Shown here piece after piece: positions 15,301 through 26,706 of a DNA stretch of 64,000 nt. The first letter of the stretch is position 1. Each line of letters begins with the position of its first letter. Source of the DNA: Tubiluchus corallicola (taxonomy: Eukaryota > Animalia > Priapulida); NCBI GenBank assembly GCA_030141605.1, contig JAQGDQ010000167.1, forward strand, positions 273,877 to 337,876. The letters run 5' to 3'. The translations under genes and the position numbers were made by a program. The notes under the pieces are model-generated. The model made no database searches, was not told the DNA's origin, and saw nothing but the letters and a program-made list of their open reading frames with translations.

Positions 15301-16572
15301 AGTCAAGGTGTTAAATTAATGATTAATGCATTAGTCAAGTCTGAATTTATTTTTCTGTAAACAGTAAGAAAGTTAATCTTTCACGCGTGTTATGTCAACC
15401 TCAGGCTTAGACAGCTTCAACAGACTGTGAAAGAACCCGATGATTAAGAAACATTGCAGAATGTTGACTGAAGGCTTTCATTGCCAAGAAAAAGTTTCAG
15501 TTCTCTCAAGCAACAAACATTTCCAAGTTATAAATTTACATGAACTGGCATCTTTTCCTAGCCAATGTGACAGACTCTACGAGCCAGACCACATTGAGGA
15601 AATTGTTATTTGCACAGCAAAAGGATTCAGAAAGGACCCCCCACAGAGGCAGTTGTTCAAAAGGAATTTCCATTCCCAAAATTGTTGATCAGTTCTCAAA
15701 GCATTTAAAGTAAAGAGTTAAACAGAACCCACATCTACTCAATGTAAAATAGAAAATGACAAGTGTCGAAGAAATAGAAGGAACAATGAGCAGTATAAAA
15801 TTTCAGAAAGCTTTGTCTTTTTGCTAAATTTGTACAACGAATCTGTACAAGTTCACTACTTATGCAAGCATGTAAGAAGCATTAAGCACAAAGTACAGAG
15901 TCATCCAGAGAAAAAACCCCCAAACTAACTCCCAACCAGTCATCCTATTAGAGCCATTTATAAAAGAGATCTTCAATTTTGTTGCCATGTAACCCTATCT
16001 CTCCTCTTTCCAAAAAACTATACAGAGAAAATATTGTCGCGTACACGGTTTGTTGTCAGTTGTCACGTGCTTACCGGGAATGGATCAAGCTTGAGCTACA
16101 ACCATTTAGGATATTAGTAAGCCAAAAAAAATTTGGTTTATGATTTTATCAAATTTATGTATAAACTTGCATTTGTTTGTTTGTTAAAAATTACAATTAC
16201 AAACTACAACATTACATAATACATATGTTTTGTTTCATTTTACACAGTATTAAAACGAAAAATTTTCTTAAGCAGTACTCCCACTAATTCTAGCTGTGAG
16301 CAGCCACTGATTTTGTGTTTCATTACAGCAACCGAAAGTAGCAAAAATTCAATAGAATTCAGCTAGTGCAATACCAGAATCGAAATTTGGTTTTTAGTTC
16401 TGTAACATAACAAACATTTCAGCTATGACACAGCTTAATATTATAATAACTCACCTAAAAGTAAGAGCTTAACTTCTCTAGCCTGCTGTTCACGGTCGGC
16501 CCTCAAATCCTTGTCTATCTGCTTTGACCGCTCCTGAGCGATTTTATCCTCTGAGCTTTGAATACAACCCAT
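231..16572 (-). CDS. GNAI: G protein alpha-i subunit, 5' partial gene: join(16572-16455, 9205-9163, 5369-5228, 4724-4567, 359-231); continues beyond the left edge
   Basis: Spliced product [10 protein letters not shown]...[24 protein letters not shown]...[14 protein letters not shown]...[14 protein letters not shown]. It has the MGC lipidation start, P-loop GAGESGKS and switch I RVKTTG. All introns are GT-AG and in phase; exon sizes 118/43/142/158/129 match the layout I recall for Gi genes. Confidence 0.95.
519..835. mobile_element. Non-autonomous hAT-type element (MITE)
   Basis: TAGGG...CCCTA termini, perfect 8-bp target-site duplication gttgtaac (511-518 and 836-843), subterminal tcgaat repeats. 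Confidence 0.8.
3075..3450. repeat. Degenerate ~30-bp minisatellite
   Basis: Repeated ttcctatcaagatgaagactttttaa-like units. Confidence 0.8.
4567..4724 (-). CDS. GNAI: G alpha-i exon 4
   Basis: [10 protein letters not shown]...[24 protein letters not shown]; ttttcag / gtaagt; 158 bp. Confidence 0.95.
5228..5369 (-). CDS. GNAI: G alpha-i exon 3
   Basis: [47 protein letters not shown]; ttttcag acceptor, gtgagc donor; 142 bp. Confidence 0.95.
6201..6480. repeat. Dispersed repeat, copy 1 (copy 2 at 16032-16310)
   Basis: tattgtcgc...gaatggatcaagcttga...ttacaattacaaa aligns over about 280 bp in the same orientation. Confidence 0.8.
7030..7221. repeat. Diverged tandem duplication, ~92-bp unit
   Basis: aaagccc(a/g)acaatgctta...gaccatat...accact/accatt occurs twice, followed by the start of a third unit. 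Confidence 0.75.
9163..9205 (-). CDS. GNAI: G alpha-i exon 2 (P-loop)
   Basis: ttcag|GT GCC GGC GAA TCG GGA AAG AGT... encodes [15 protein letters not shown]; donor gtaagt; 43 bp. Confidence 0.95.
10505..10900. mobile_element. Non-autonomous DNA transposon with CAGGGTT termini; partial second copy at 8507-8780
   Basis: cagggttccc...gggaagaaccttg, subterminal ttccctgac repeats; about 270 bp align to 8507-8780. Confidence 0.65.
13038..13167. repeat. Fold-back inverted repeat with internal duplication
   Basis: taagcaaaaccagctaat...ccatgcttattagacatagaca is mirrored by tgtctatgactaataagcatgg...attagctggttttgctta. Confidence 0.85.
14100..14750. repeat. Minisatellite, about 15 copies of a ~42-bp unit
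   Basis: Unit approximately gtgttaggtctgcaaatgctttatgccactactacttgtgat. Confidence 0.93.
14853..15039. mobile_element. Degenerate pogo/Tigger-like MITE
   Basis: ta-cagtcaaacc...ggtatgattg-ta; a related start tacagtcaaacc occurs at 59231. Confidence 0.5.
16032..16310. repeat. Dispersed repeat, copy 2
   Basis: Homologous to 6201-6480. Confidence 0.8.
16455..16572 (-). CDS. GNAI: G alpha-i coding exon 1 (missed by the ORF track)
   Basis: ATG GGT TGT... encodes [39 protein letters not shown]; donor G|gtgagt; 118 bp. Confidence 0.93.
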
Positions 16573-16994
16573 TATGAGTTTGTCACGGAAAAACAGTCAG
16601 TAGATTATTTCACTCTGCAGCAACGATTATAATGCAGAAATGTCTTTCACTTTGTTAAAGGGTTATTCGTTTATTCATTTGTGTCCCAGCGGGTAGCTTT
16701 ACAGTTTACAAAGACTCACAAATACATCTCTGATCTAGAAAAAAGTTGGAAAGAATTTCATTTTCATGTATGACCAACCATATCATTGAAACGTGTGGAC
16801 ACTACAAATTTATCTCAATAAACTTCATTTCAACATTTGTCCACCAGAAGGCTAGACATCAAGAGGAGACGAACTGTTGTGCAGTTATAACTACTAATTT
16901 ATTAATCAAGATGGAAGGTCTAAGCAACGAGCAAAAAGCTATCGGTAGCTTCCCCGGTACGTCACAGGTATAATATATCAAACAATCACGTCAA

Positions 16995-17536
16995 ATGTGT
17001 GCTTGCACAGCTAAATCGTCCATAAGTCGGCAATTAAGCTTTTCTAGTTATTCACATATCTTGAATCTCCATTTCATGTGGATCATTTTGATACCAACTT
17101 TATGACTCTATGTTATTTCTAACCTGAGATAATCCACATGAAGTGCAGGCTGCACACTGTAAAACATAATCTTGACAAAAATCTCTGTTAAAGATAGCAG
17201 TTGCCTTTTGTCGTGTTTCTACAAAAGACTTAACAGCCGTAGAAAAGTTGGTTACTATACGGACTTTGCAAGAGCACACTGAAGTTATATTTAAAAATGG
17301 TACAAGGCTCTTCAGACAATGATCTGGGCTTGGCAGCAAAAAAACTTAGCAAAATGACTGCTTCCACAAGCTGCTTTCTGAGCATAAAAGTCAAATCTAT
17401 TTAACATTTGTTTTTTATTAAAAAAACAAAAAATCGACATCTAATGCACAAATTTTTGGTACATTCTACTTTGAAGGATCATAACGTAGTTTTAACTATG
17501 CCATCTCATGGACGCTTTTGGTTTGTAAAGACACAT
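16995..17536. mobile_element. MITE with ~40-bp TIRs (copy 1), upstream of the G alpha-i ATG
   Basis: Left end atgtgtgcttgcacagctaaatcgtccataagtcggca has an inverted counterpart at the right end; homologous to 27325-27884. Confidence 0.75.
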
Positions 17537-18929
17537 ATTATGAACAATAACAGTGTAAAATATTTACAGATCAAAAATGGAAACACTCTATATAATGTAT
17601 GCGCAAAAGTTTAAACTAAAGTAAAGTACCTGATAAACTATAAATATAAGGTAACACTATAAATATATTAAAACTTAACTGTACTGACGTCAAAAGAACA
17701 ACTACAAAAGTAAGCAGTACTGGCAAAGTGCTTCTATGGCGTTTTACTTTCTGCCTTAGCTAAAGTTACATATCCTCCTTCATTAAACAAACGTGTACTG
17801 TTTAGCCTTAAGCGTGCAAGCGAATCTCGGTGATGTAGTACAGTTATAAAAATTAACATAATGCACTGAAGTAGACAAGAAAGTCAACACGTATGCTTAC
17901 TTATTACATCTTTAGCACAAATCACTTTAACCAATTCAAAAACGTTCATAACATTGACTTCTACAACGTTAATGCACAAAAACGCGTCTAACACGCACGA
18001 TTCACGATTTTTGAGTTTTTGAAAGCAAAACCGCCTACAAACTGCGTGGCGCCATCTATACTAGGTTGTAAATGCTCTTATTATCCACTGCTCACTGTAG
18101 AGTGTAGACTATAGATCAAGAAACACGTTACTGTTTCACACATACGTAACAAATGTTTATTACAATGATAACAAATACATACGCAGAGCTACAATATGTT
18201 TGAATCGTAAAAGTATACACACGTAAAATGAATAACACAAAGAACTGCATAAAAGCTTGTTTTTAGCTAAACATTGTCTCAGGTGTGTTTTAGTTTTATT
18301 TTGCTTTGTTATCCCGTACTTGCATAACGTACATCATCATTATTATTATTACCTAAATGCAGCTGTGATACGGCATTAAATCAGATGACTGAGCCTGCTC
18401 ACTGCTCAGCCTGGAAGTCGGAACTATGGAGCAATAATTGTTGCGACAGCTCATTTGAATTTTTTATGATACGAGCTTTATGCATTGTAAATTACATCTT
18501 ATTTATTCATGAATTATGGAGTATATTATTTTGGAATATCTATATGTACAATGACCATACTTTTAAATTTTTATCACAAATATCTAAGACTTATTCTGAA
18601 ATAAAACCTGTGTAAAAAATTATAATTCGTTTTATACTTTTCAATTCTTTAGACAAAATTGATATCTTCCTAATTTTCTACTGAAAATTTATCCACTACT
18701 ATCCATAGAGAACCACTGATTGTTGATACTAAAAAATCGCTAACCAATTCGAGTTTTCCTGTGTTTTACTTCGTTACTAAAATAGTCAAAATTATTCCAT
18801 TTAAAAAGCTGAAACAGTAAAGAAGACGGATACTATCAATGCGCCAAATTTTGTTTCATTCCAGTTTGCCAATCACTTAATGTTGTATGAAAAGATACTA
18901 AGAGTTTCTTCTTCTTGAATATTGATAGT

Positions 18930-20659
18930 GCCACATTCTTTTATGTTTTTGTGCTAATTGCTGCTTACAAAGACTAATATAAATTTAGTGAAAGTTGACA
19001 TGTATTTAATTATTAATGAATAATAATTTCAAGAACAAAGCAGTTATATTGGTAGTGCTACATTAAATTTTGTATGTCACATTCTTTTATGTTTTTGTGT
19101 TAGTTGCTGCTTACAAAGACTAATATAAATTTTGTGAAAGTTAACATGTATTTAATTATTAATGAATAATAATTTCAAGAACAAAGCATTTATATTGGTA
19201 GTGCCACATTAAATTTTGTATGTCACATTCTTTTATGTTTTTGTGTTAGTTGCTGCTTACAAAGACTAATATAAATTTTGTGAAAGTTAACATGTATTTA
19301 ATTATTAATGAATAATAATTTCAAGAACAAAGCAGTTATATTGGTAGTGCTACATTAAATTTTGTATGTCACATTCTTTTATGTTTTTGTGTTAGTTGCT
19401 GCTTACAAAGACTAATATAAATTTTGTGAAAGTTAACATGTATTTAATTATTAATGAATAATAATTTCAAGAACAAAGCATTTTATATTGGTAATTCCCC
19501 ATTAAATTTTGTATGTCACATTCTTTTATGTTTTTGTGCTAATTGCTGCTTACAAAGACTAATATAAATTTAGTGAAAGTTGACATGCATTTAATTATTA
19601 ATGAATAATAATTTCAAGAACAAAGCATTTATATTGGTAGTGCCACATTAAATTTTGTATGTCACATTCTTTTATGTTTTTGTGTTAGTTGCTGCTTACA
19701 AAGACTAATATAAATTTTGTGAAAGTTAACATGTATTTAATTATTAATGAATAATAATTTCAAGAACAAAGCATTTTATATTGGTAATTCCCCATTAAAT
19801 TTTGTATGTCACATTCTTTTATGTTTTTGTGCTAATTGCTGCTTACAAAGACTAATATAAATTTAGTGAAAGTTGACATGTATTTAATTATTAATGAATA
19901 ATAATTTCAAGAACAAAGCAGTTATATTGGTAGTGCTACATTAAATTTTGTATGTCACATTCTTTTATGTTTTTGTGTTAGTTGCTGCTTACAAAGACTA
20001 ATATAAATTTTGTGAAAGTTAACATGTATTTAATTATTAATGAATAATAATTTCAAGAACAAAGCATTTTATATTGGTAATTCCCCATTAAATTTTGTAT
20101 GTCACATTCTTTTATGTTTTTGTGCTAATTGCTGCTTACAAAGACTAATATAAATTTAGTGAAAGTTGACATGCATTTAATTATTAATGAATAATAATTT
20201 CAAGAACAAAGCATTTATATTGGTAGTGCCACATTAAATTTTGTATGTCACATTCTTTTATGTTTTTGTGCTAATTGCTGCTTACAAAGACTAATATAAA
20301 TTTAGTGAAAGTTGACATGCATTTAATTATTAATGAATAATAATTTCAAGAACAAAGCATTTATATTGGTAGTGCCACATTAAATTTTGTATGTCACATT
20401 CTTTTATGTTTTTGTGTTAGTTGCTGCTTACAAAGACTAATATAAATTTTGTGAAAGTTAACATGTATTTAATTATTAATGAATAATAATTTCAAGAACA
20501 AAGCATTTATATTGGTAGTGCCACATTAAATTTTGTATGTCACATTCTTTTATGTTTTTGTGCTAATTGCTGCTTACAAAGACTAAAATAAATTTAGTGA
20601 AAGTTGACATGTATTTAATTATTAATGAATAATAATTTCAAGAACAAAGCATTTATATT
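18930..20659. repeat. Tandem satellite array, about 12 copies of a 146/147-bp AT-rich unit
   Basis: cacattcttttatgtttttgtg recurs at 18932, 19078, 19224, 19370, 19517, 19663, 19810, 19956, 20103, 20249, 20395 and 20541; units are nearly identical. Confidence 0.97.
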
Positions 20660-23084
20660 TATAGTAACAAGCAACCACTTTATTTGTCCAGCCACACCAT
20701 AAGGTACAGAGACATTGATACAGCATCATGTTTCTATGGAAATAGTTTCCTTGATAAGTTTATCATTGCCAGCAAAAGTAATAGTCTTCTGAGATACAGG
20801 TACATTAATAACATAATCTACGTAGTAGTCTCAGTCAAACTAAGTTTATGAAACAACTTGTGGGTCACACTAGCAGCAAATTTAATAAAACTACGAATAT
20901 GTAAAACAATCATACATTTTCAAAATTGACAGTTGTTTTTTGAAACTAGCAATAATAAAAACATGTTACAGCCTCAGGTCAAAGAAAAAATATGGTCGGA
21001 AATTGAGTATTGGATGCTTCTAACAAACTAGAAAGGCAAGTAGTTGTAATATCAGTTCATAATGGTTGTTTTGCTTGATTACATCAAAAATTTCTGGAAA
21101 TTTAAAATTAAAAATCATTTTTTAACAAACTGATGAAAGTATGCATGCATTTATAGTCCACACCGTAACTTGTTTATCAAACATTAGCGTGAAATGAGGA
21201 ATGTTTAGACACAATTCGAAGCTACATGATATACGTGCAGCAAACTGATATTATATTTGGCAGCAATGACCTCAAATTTGCGACAATATTCACAGCAGAG
21301 AATTTTGCCGTATCCATAGCAACAGATGGTAGAAGTTTGTCATTAACTAAGTCTCATAATGCCTTAATGCACTCTGTTGTTATTTCAAACACACGGATAC
21401 ACATATATAGGGTGGATATATCCACGTTGCTATAGCAACCAACATTTCATTATCAATCATAAAAAGCAGCAGGCAAACCAATGTAATTTATCACACATTT
21501 AGAATTCACTAGTACTGAAGAGTTATAATCATGAGCAATGGCCGAATGAGTTTCTGACCTTGTTGAATTTCGAACCTTCAGTGTAAAAATTCAATACAGT
21601 AACAATTATTTGCCAGATGTTAAAAGTTTTCACAAACATTCACTAATGTAGCAAGTGATCGTTGTTAAATTCAGCCCAGTCACTTTTACAAAACTAATGT
21701 TTGAAATTGCTTAGCAACACAGCATCCCCAGTGTTGTTACAGCAACATCTTTATGAGCCAACAGTGGTTGCTCACTAAAATAGAATAATTATGGGTATAA
21801 TAATTATAATTAGACGATTCAAACACAACTTACTATGAACACTTAGAATGCCACGCAATGCAGAAACCTACAATATGATCAGCAAGTGAAAAGCCAGATA
21901 TATTGTTTGCAGCCAGGCATATGCAACCAAACAATAAATTCCACATTTCCCAATGCAAAAGAAAAGATTTAAAACGATTACAAGTTTTTTTCTATAATTT
22001 CAAAAGTAACTACATGTGATATGGAGTGCTAGATATTCTAGCCTCTTCCAATCTTTTTCCAGCTTTTCTGTATCTGTCATTACTGTCAAACACGCTGGCA
22101 GAAAATTCAGATTAGTTACACATAGCATATTACAAGCATAGCAAAAGGTGAACACATTTTATCACTTCAATAACTATACTGATTAAGCTTTGCTTCACAG
22201 AACAGAAATAGGACAAGCAGTTTTAGATCCATGAAGCAAAAACAGAATGAGAATCAAATTTGATATTTTTCCAACAGATGTCAGCATAGGTCAGAAATAA
22301 AGAAACAACATACTGTTTAATGCCATCTAGTGAGAAAGATAGTAAAATTGATCTACTTTTTATAAATTGTGTATTGCAGTTTCAGAAACCCAAATCTGCA
22401 CACAATTAGATATTATAGCAGAAACACTGCAGATTTCAAGTATTAGGTTACGCATACTTAATACCAATTCCTATGCTATAATTATAATTATGAGACTACG
22501 TTTACAAAGGTATCATGTACTCTGCCACAATAAAAGAATATAAATTACACATATTAATATTAATTTTTACTGTAAACTAAATGTATAATTCATATGGATG
22601 CTAACAGTAAACAATTTTTATATAACCAAAATGAAAAATGTGCAAAATTATCAAATTTCCAAGTATGGACAGATTTGAAAATAGCTTAAAATAAAAAATG
22701 AATGCTCGCAACTACCATGTGTACAAATAAGGTCACATGAAGACATACTGAAATGACATTTACAGAATGGTTATATAACTAAGCACGTTGCTTAAAACAA
22801 AATACTTGTGACAATTTTATCATTGAAAATTATTGTTCATAATGACGAGTGAAGCAAAACTTTTCATTTACATGGGATAAAGTGATTAAGACAGAGTTAC
22901 TTAAACACTACATAAAGACATACAATGCTACTGCTATATGTTTCTATATTTTTTTTCCTTTTTTGACACAAACTAAGGATTATAATATTTAGCAAATATT
23001 CAATTTTGAATTGAGTTTTGAAAAAAATAACAATGATATAAAATAGGAGAAAAATTTAATTAACAGATGTTGCATGCTATAAAA

Positions 23085-23612
23085 CATGAGTTCCCAACCT
23101 TAGGGTAGCGACCCCAATTGGACTCGCCGTGCACTTTTTGTGGGGTGGCGGGCAGCAAGTCCAAAAACTACATTTGACAAATGCTGCTTTCACGAAAAGT
23201 ATGTAAGTAGGTCTTGTTTCCTCAGTCTCTTATTACATCATTTTGTTCTGGAAGGTGAAACATGGGTTTCCTCACTCTAAATGCGGTATTATCAGAGCTT
23301 GATTTTCCGGAAAAATGCAAGTTGTTCCATGCTGTACACTTGCGAACAGTGCACACCATCCAAAAGCGTGTCGCTATTCATTTTACCTTCAATCACACCA
23401 ATGAATTAATGAAACAACATTGTTCAATAATTAATGAAACAACATTGTTCAATAATTAATGAAACAACATTGTTCAATAATTCGTTGAATGCTAACTTAA
23501 AAAATGCGAACGATAATGATGTTTGATAGATATGATTATGTTCTTCGGGGGTTGCCATATGATGCAGGGTTCTGGAAAGGGGTCGCTGTCAACAAAAGGT
23601 TGGGAACCACTG
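23085..23612. mobile_element. Non-autonomous hAT (Charlie-like) element
   Basis: TIRs catgagttcccaacct / aggttgggaaccactg; 8-bp TSD ctataaaa / ctataaag; internal 25-bp triplication near 23404-23482. Confidence 0.8.
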
Positions 23613-26456
23613 CTATAAAGACTGTTTTTTCTCATGAGCTGTGATAAACATTACTGATAAAGTTTTCAAAATCACCAAATCAGAACTTCTGGGAATCGAA
23701 AAGAAAATTTTGTGTACTTTATCAAAAAATGGATTTAATGAAAATGTCAAGAAACCAGTCCGGTGAAAATTATGATACTTTTAACTTTTAAATCAAAAAC
23801 CAAATATAAAATGCTTGGCAGAAGACAAAGCAGAGATGCACATGCTCCATCTATTAGTTTCTTGGAGTCAAAGTAAATTTTAGTTTGATGGATGTGACTT
23901 CTCCCCCACCATTACCACTACATCAACAAATCACTCATTTTACTTTAGTCAGCTAAGTTTGTAAATTCTGAAATTAAGCCATACAATATTAAACTTGACA
24001 AACCAGTAAATTTAAACTTACTACAAAAATGCACGACTTTTAATCAATGATAATATGTCTACGACGAAATTAGGGATTACGAAACTAACATGCACTTTTA
24101 TACATGAAAAAACTATTTACTGTTACACATTTTCGGTGTAGTTTTATGTAAACTGCAACATATTTCACACTTTTTTAGACAGGCAACTTTTTTTTCCATA
24201 TTACATTAATGCAATAATGTTATTTTTGTTGACTTTATAAGCAAAAGAAGAAATCAAGCTTTCTTGTGCTTTTGCTTAAACGCATATAGCTAGAAATACT
24301 CATCTTGCTTAAAAGAAAATATGTAATCTTGTCAATCAACACTTACAGTCAACAAATCTGACAAAAGGCCAGGCTGATTTAAAAAAAAATTAACACAAAG
24401 GATACAAAATTCGAGATTTAATCTAGCAATATTTGCCAGAGTCGGAAGTGGAAATTCTGAAGCCATGTTTGTATTAATTACACTGTTGTTAATCACGACA
24501 TCATGCACAAATTAATAAAACATTTGCTACTTTTACGCTACACGGTACATCAAAGCTAACTTACATTTAGTTTAAACAAACATTTTGAAATATTTTTACC
24601 AGCCTAACAAAGTAATATTAGTGCAAATCAAACAATTAATTCCAGAGCTGGTAAAAACTAGAAAAGCTTTGAATTACTATCGACACTCAACCTGGCAATT
24701 TGCCAATTGTTCGAAAAAAAATTTGCCAATTATTACAGTAACTTATTATATTAGTCCTAAATCATTACAGTCAACTTGAAAATTCATTAAAAGTAGATTT
24801 TCAACAATGTATTTCAGTGTCTACCAAAATTTAATTATTGCAAACAACAAAAAAATTAATTCACAAAGACCATATACATTGACAAAGAAATAATAAAGAT
24901 AATCCAAAAAACTGGATTAACTTTGTCAATTAGGGTATATCAATGACGCGCCCTAAACTGCAGCCAGTTGGGCAATTTACCCTTTGTATACGAATGTGAT
25001 CATACTTCGTACACTTTCTGTCCAATTACGAAAACTTTAGCAATAGTATTCTACAATCGCAATTCGAGCTGTTAATGTAACATTTCCATGCTGTAGAGCA
25101 ATGGAAAAAGATGCCCTTCCGGGTCTTTACTTTAAACTTTGCCTTATTTTCCGCTCTTTAAATACGGTCACTCAGTGACCAGTGAAGTGATTACTAAACC
25201 AACTTTTCGGAATCGTTTAAGTGGAAATCCATTGCAAGTGGTGCCATCTATCCACAACTTTCTCGTACTAGCAACCACTTGGAAAAGCTTAGCTGCGTAT
25301 TAGCAGCAAGCATCATTGCAAAACTTTCAAGAAATTCATTTATTCAACACAGGTGTTGCCACCACAAAAGCAAATGAAGTGCCACCTGGTGACAACTTCA
25401 TAAACATCTTAATGTAGTAATTATCAAAAAAAAAACATCATGCCAGCATAAATGTGAAATAGTTTTCACACACCTAACACTGTCACCTGCAATTTTACTC
25501 AATACATTATAATTATTTCCATCAGAGAGCACAATTATTTATATTATATCATTTCTTAATAACTATTAATTGTTTTATTTAAGATTTTTATCATTCTTAT
25601 CTAGAAAAAATTTCTATTTTATTTTAAGCTGTTTTAAAAAGCAAGCACTAAACTACATACTGCAACTAAGACAAAACAAAACTTTTCTATCTTGGCAATT
25701 TTTACGCTATTAATTCAGTGATGCTTATATAACAACCAAGCTAAAACTTATTAAACTTTCATTAACGGGCACAGAAGGCATGAATACAATGTTTGTTAAA
25801 CACTGTGTAGTTAAAACTGTAAATATGATTACTTGAAATTCTAAGATGGTGAAGAGCAGGTCTTTTGTTTTCATTCAAATGATTTTATTACCCAAACTAA
25901 TAAAGCGCCCCTGTACCTTTGGACAACAATGGCGTGGCGAAAAAATACTCGACAACAACTCGCCATCACATTGCGATCTGTAAATAACTAGAAAAATAAA
26001 TCCTCTCTCTATAATATACAAAAATTTGTGGGCAAGTGCTGTTCACTTGTCTATCTGTGTTCTACAAGTGCAGTTGCAGAAGGTAAACCAAGGTTAGGTA
26101 GACAGCAAAGTGTCACCTGAACTTCGCAAAACGAACAAATGCGTGCAAAGTTTAGATGTTGGCATATCAAATTCTAGTATGGTTTACATGCATTTCAGTA
26201 TGGTTGAATGAACAATGATTTTTTTAAATATATATAAAAAGGTAATACCAGCCATTTTTGAGCCTAAATCATTCACTACAGAACAGCCAAATAAAGTCCT
26301 AATGACATTCGCGGGGACAACGGAAACCATTTTTACAAATAGGCCATTCGTTTCCATTTGTGCACAAAAGGAACTTTTCTGAAAAAGCATCAAATTTGAG
26401 GACTAAGTGAACAGCAGTTGCCGGCAGAGCTGCAATATGCAGCCATCACTATCTAC

Positions 26457-26706
26457 TTATTCCTCAATCACAGCTGTGTCAACAAGAGGTGGCGCATCCA
26501 TGTCGCCTCCGCCAGTGCCAAGCGGAATCTCGGTTTTTGGCATAAAATCGTCGGCATCGGTAAATTGTTCCCCGTCAAGAGTAGGATCTAGCAAGTCTTC
26601 GGTTTTAGGAGCCAGTTCACAAGGAGTGTCATCGTCGTCGTCGTCTTCTTCTTCGTCGCTGTGGCTATCATCTTTAGTATGAACATCATTGGCTTCTATA
26701 GGTTCA
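26457..26706 (-). CDS. FAM120A: FAM120A last coding exon (acidic tail)
   Basis: cgtttag|T GAA CCT... encodes EPIEANDVHTKDDSHSDEEEDDDDDDT...DTAVIEE then TAA; phase matches exon 17. Confidence 0.78.

Noticed and set aside
18930-20659. Regular repeat array as a CRISPR locus
   Set aside because: Units are contiguous with no unique spacers, there are no cas genes, and the context is eukaryotic.
26407-26682. Antisense or alternative-frame ORFs over real exons (also 146-355, 5210-5473, 32904-33217, 49878-50223, 62198-62749)
   Set aside because: Shadows of GC-richer coding exons, with no independent motifs.
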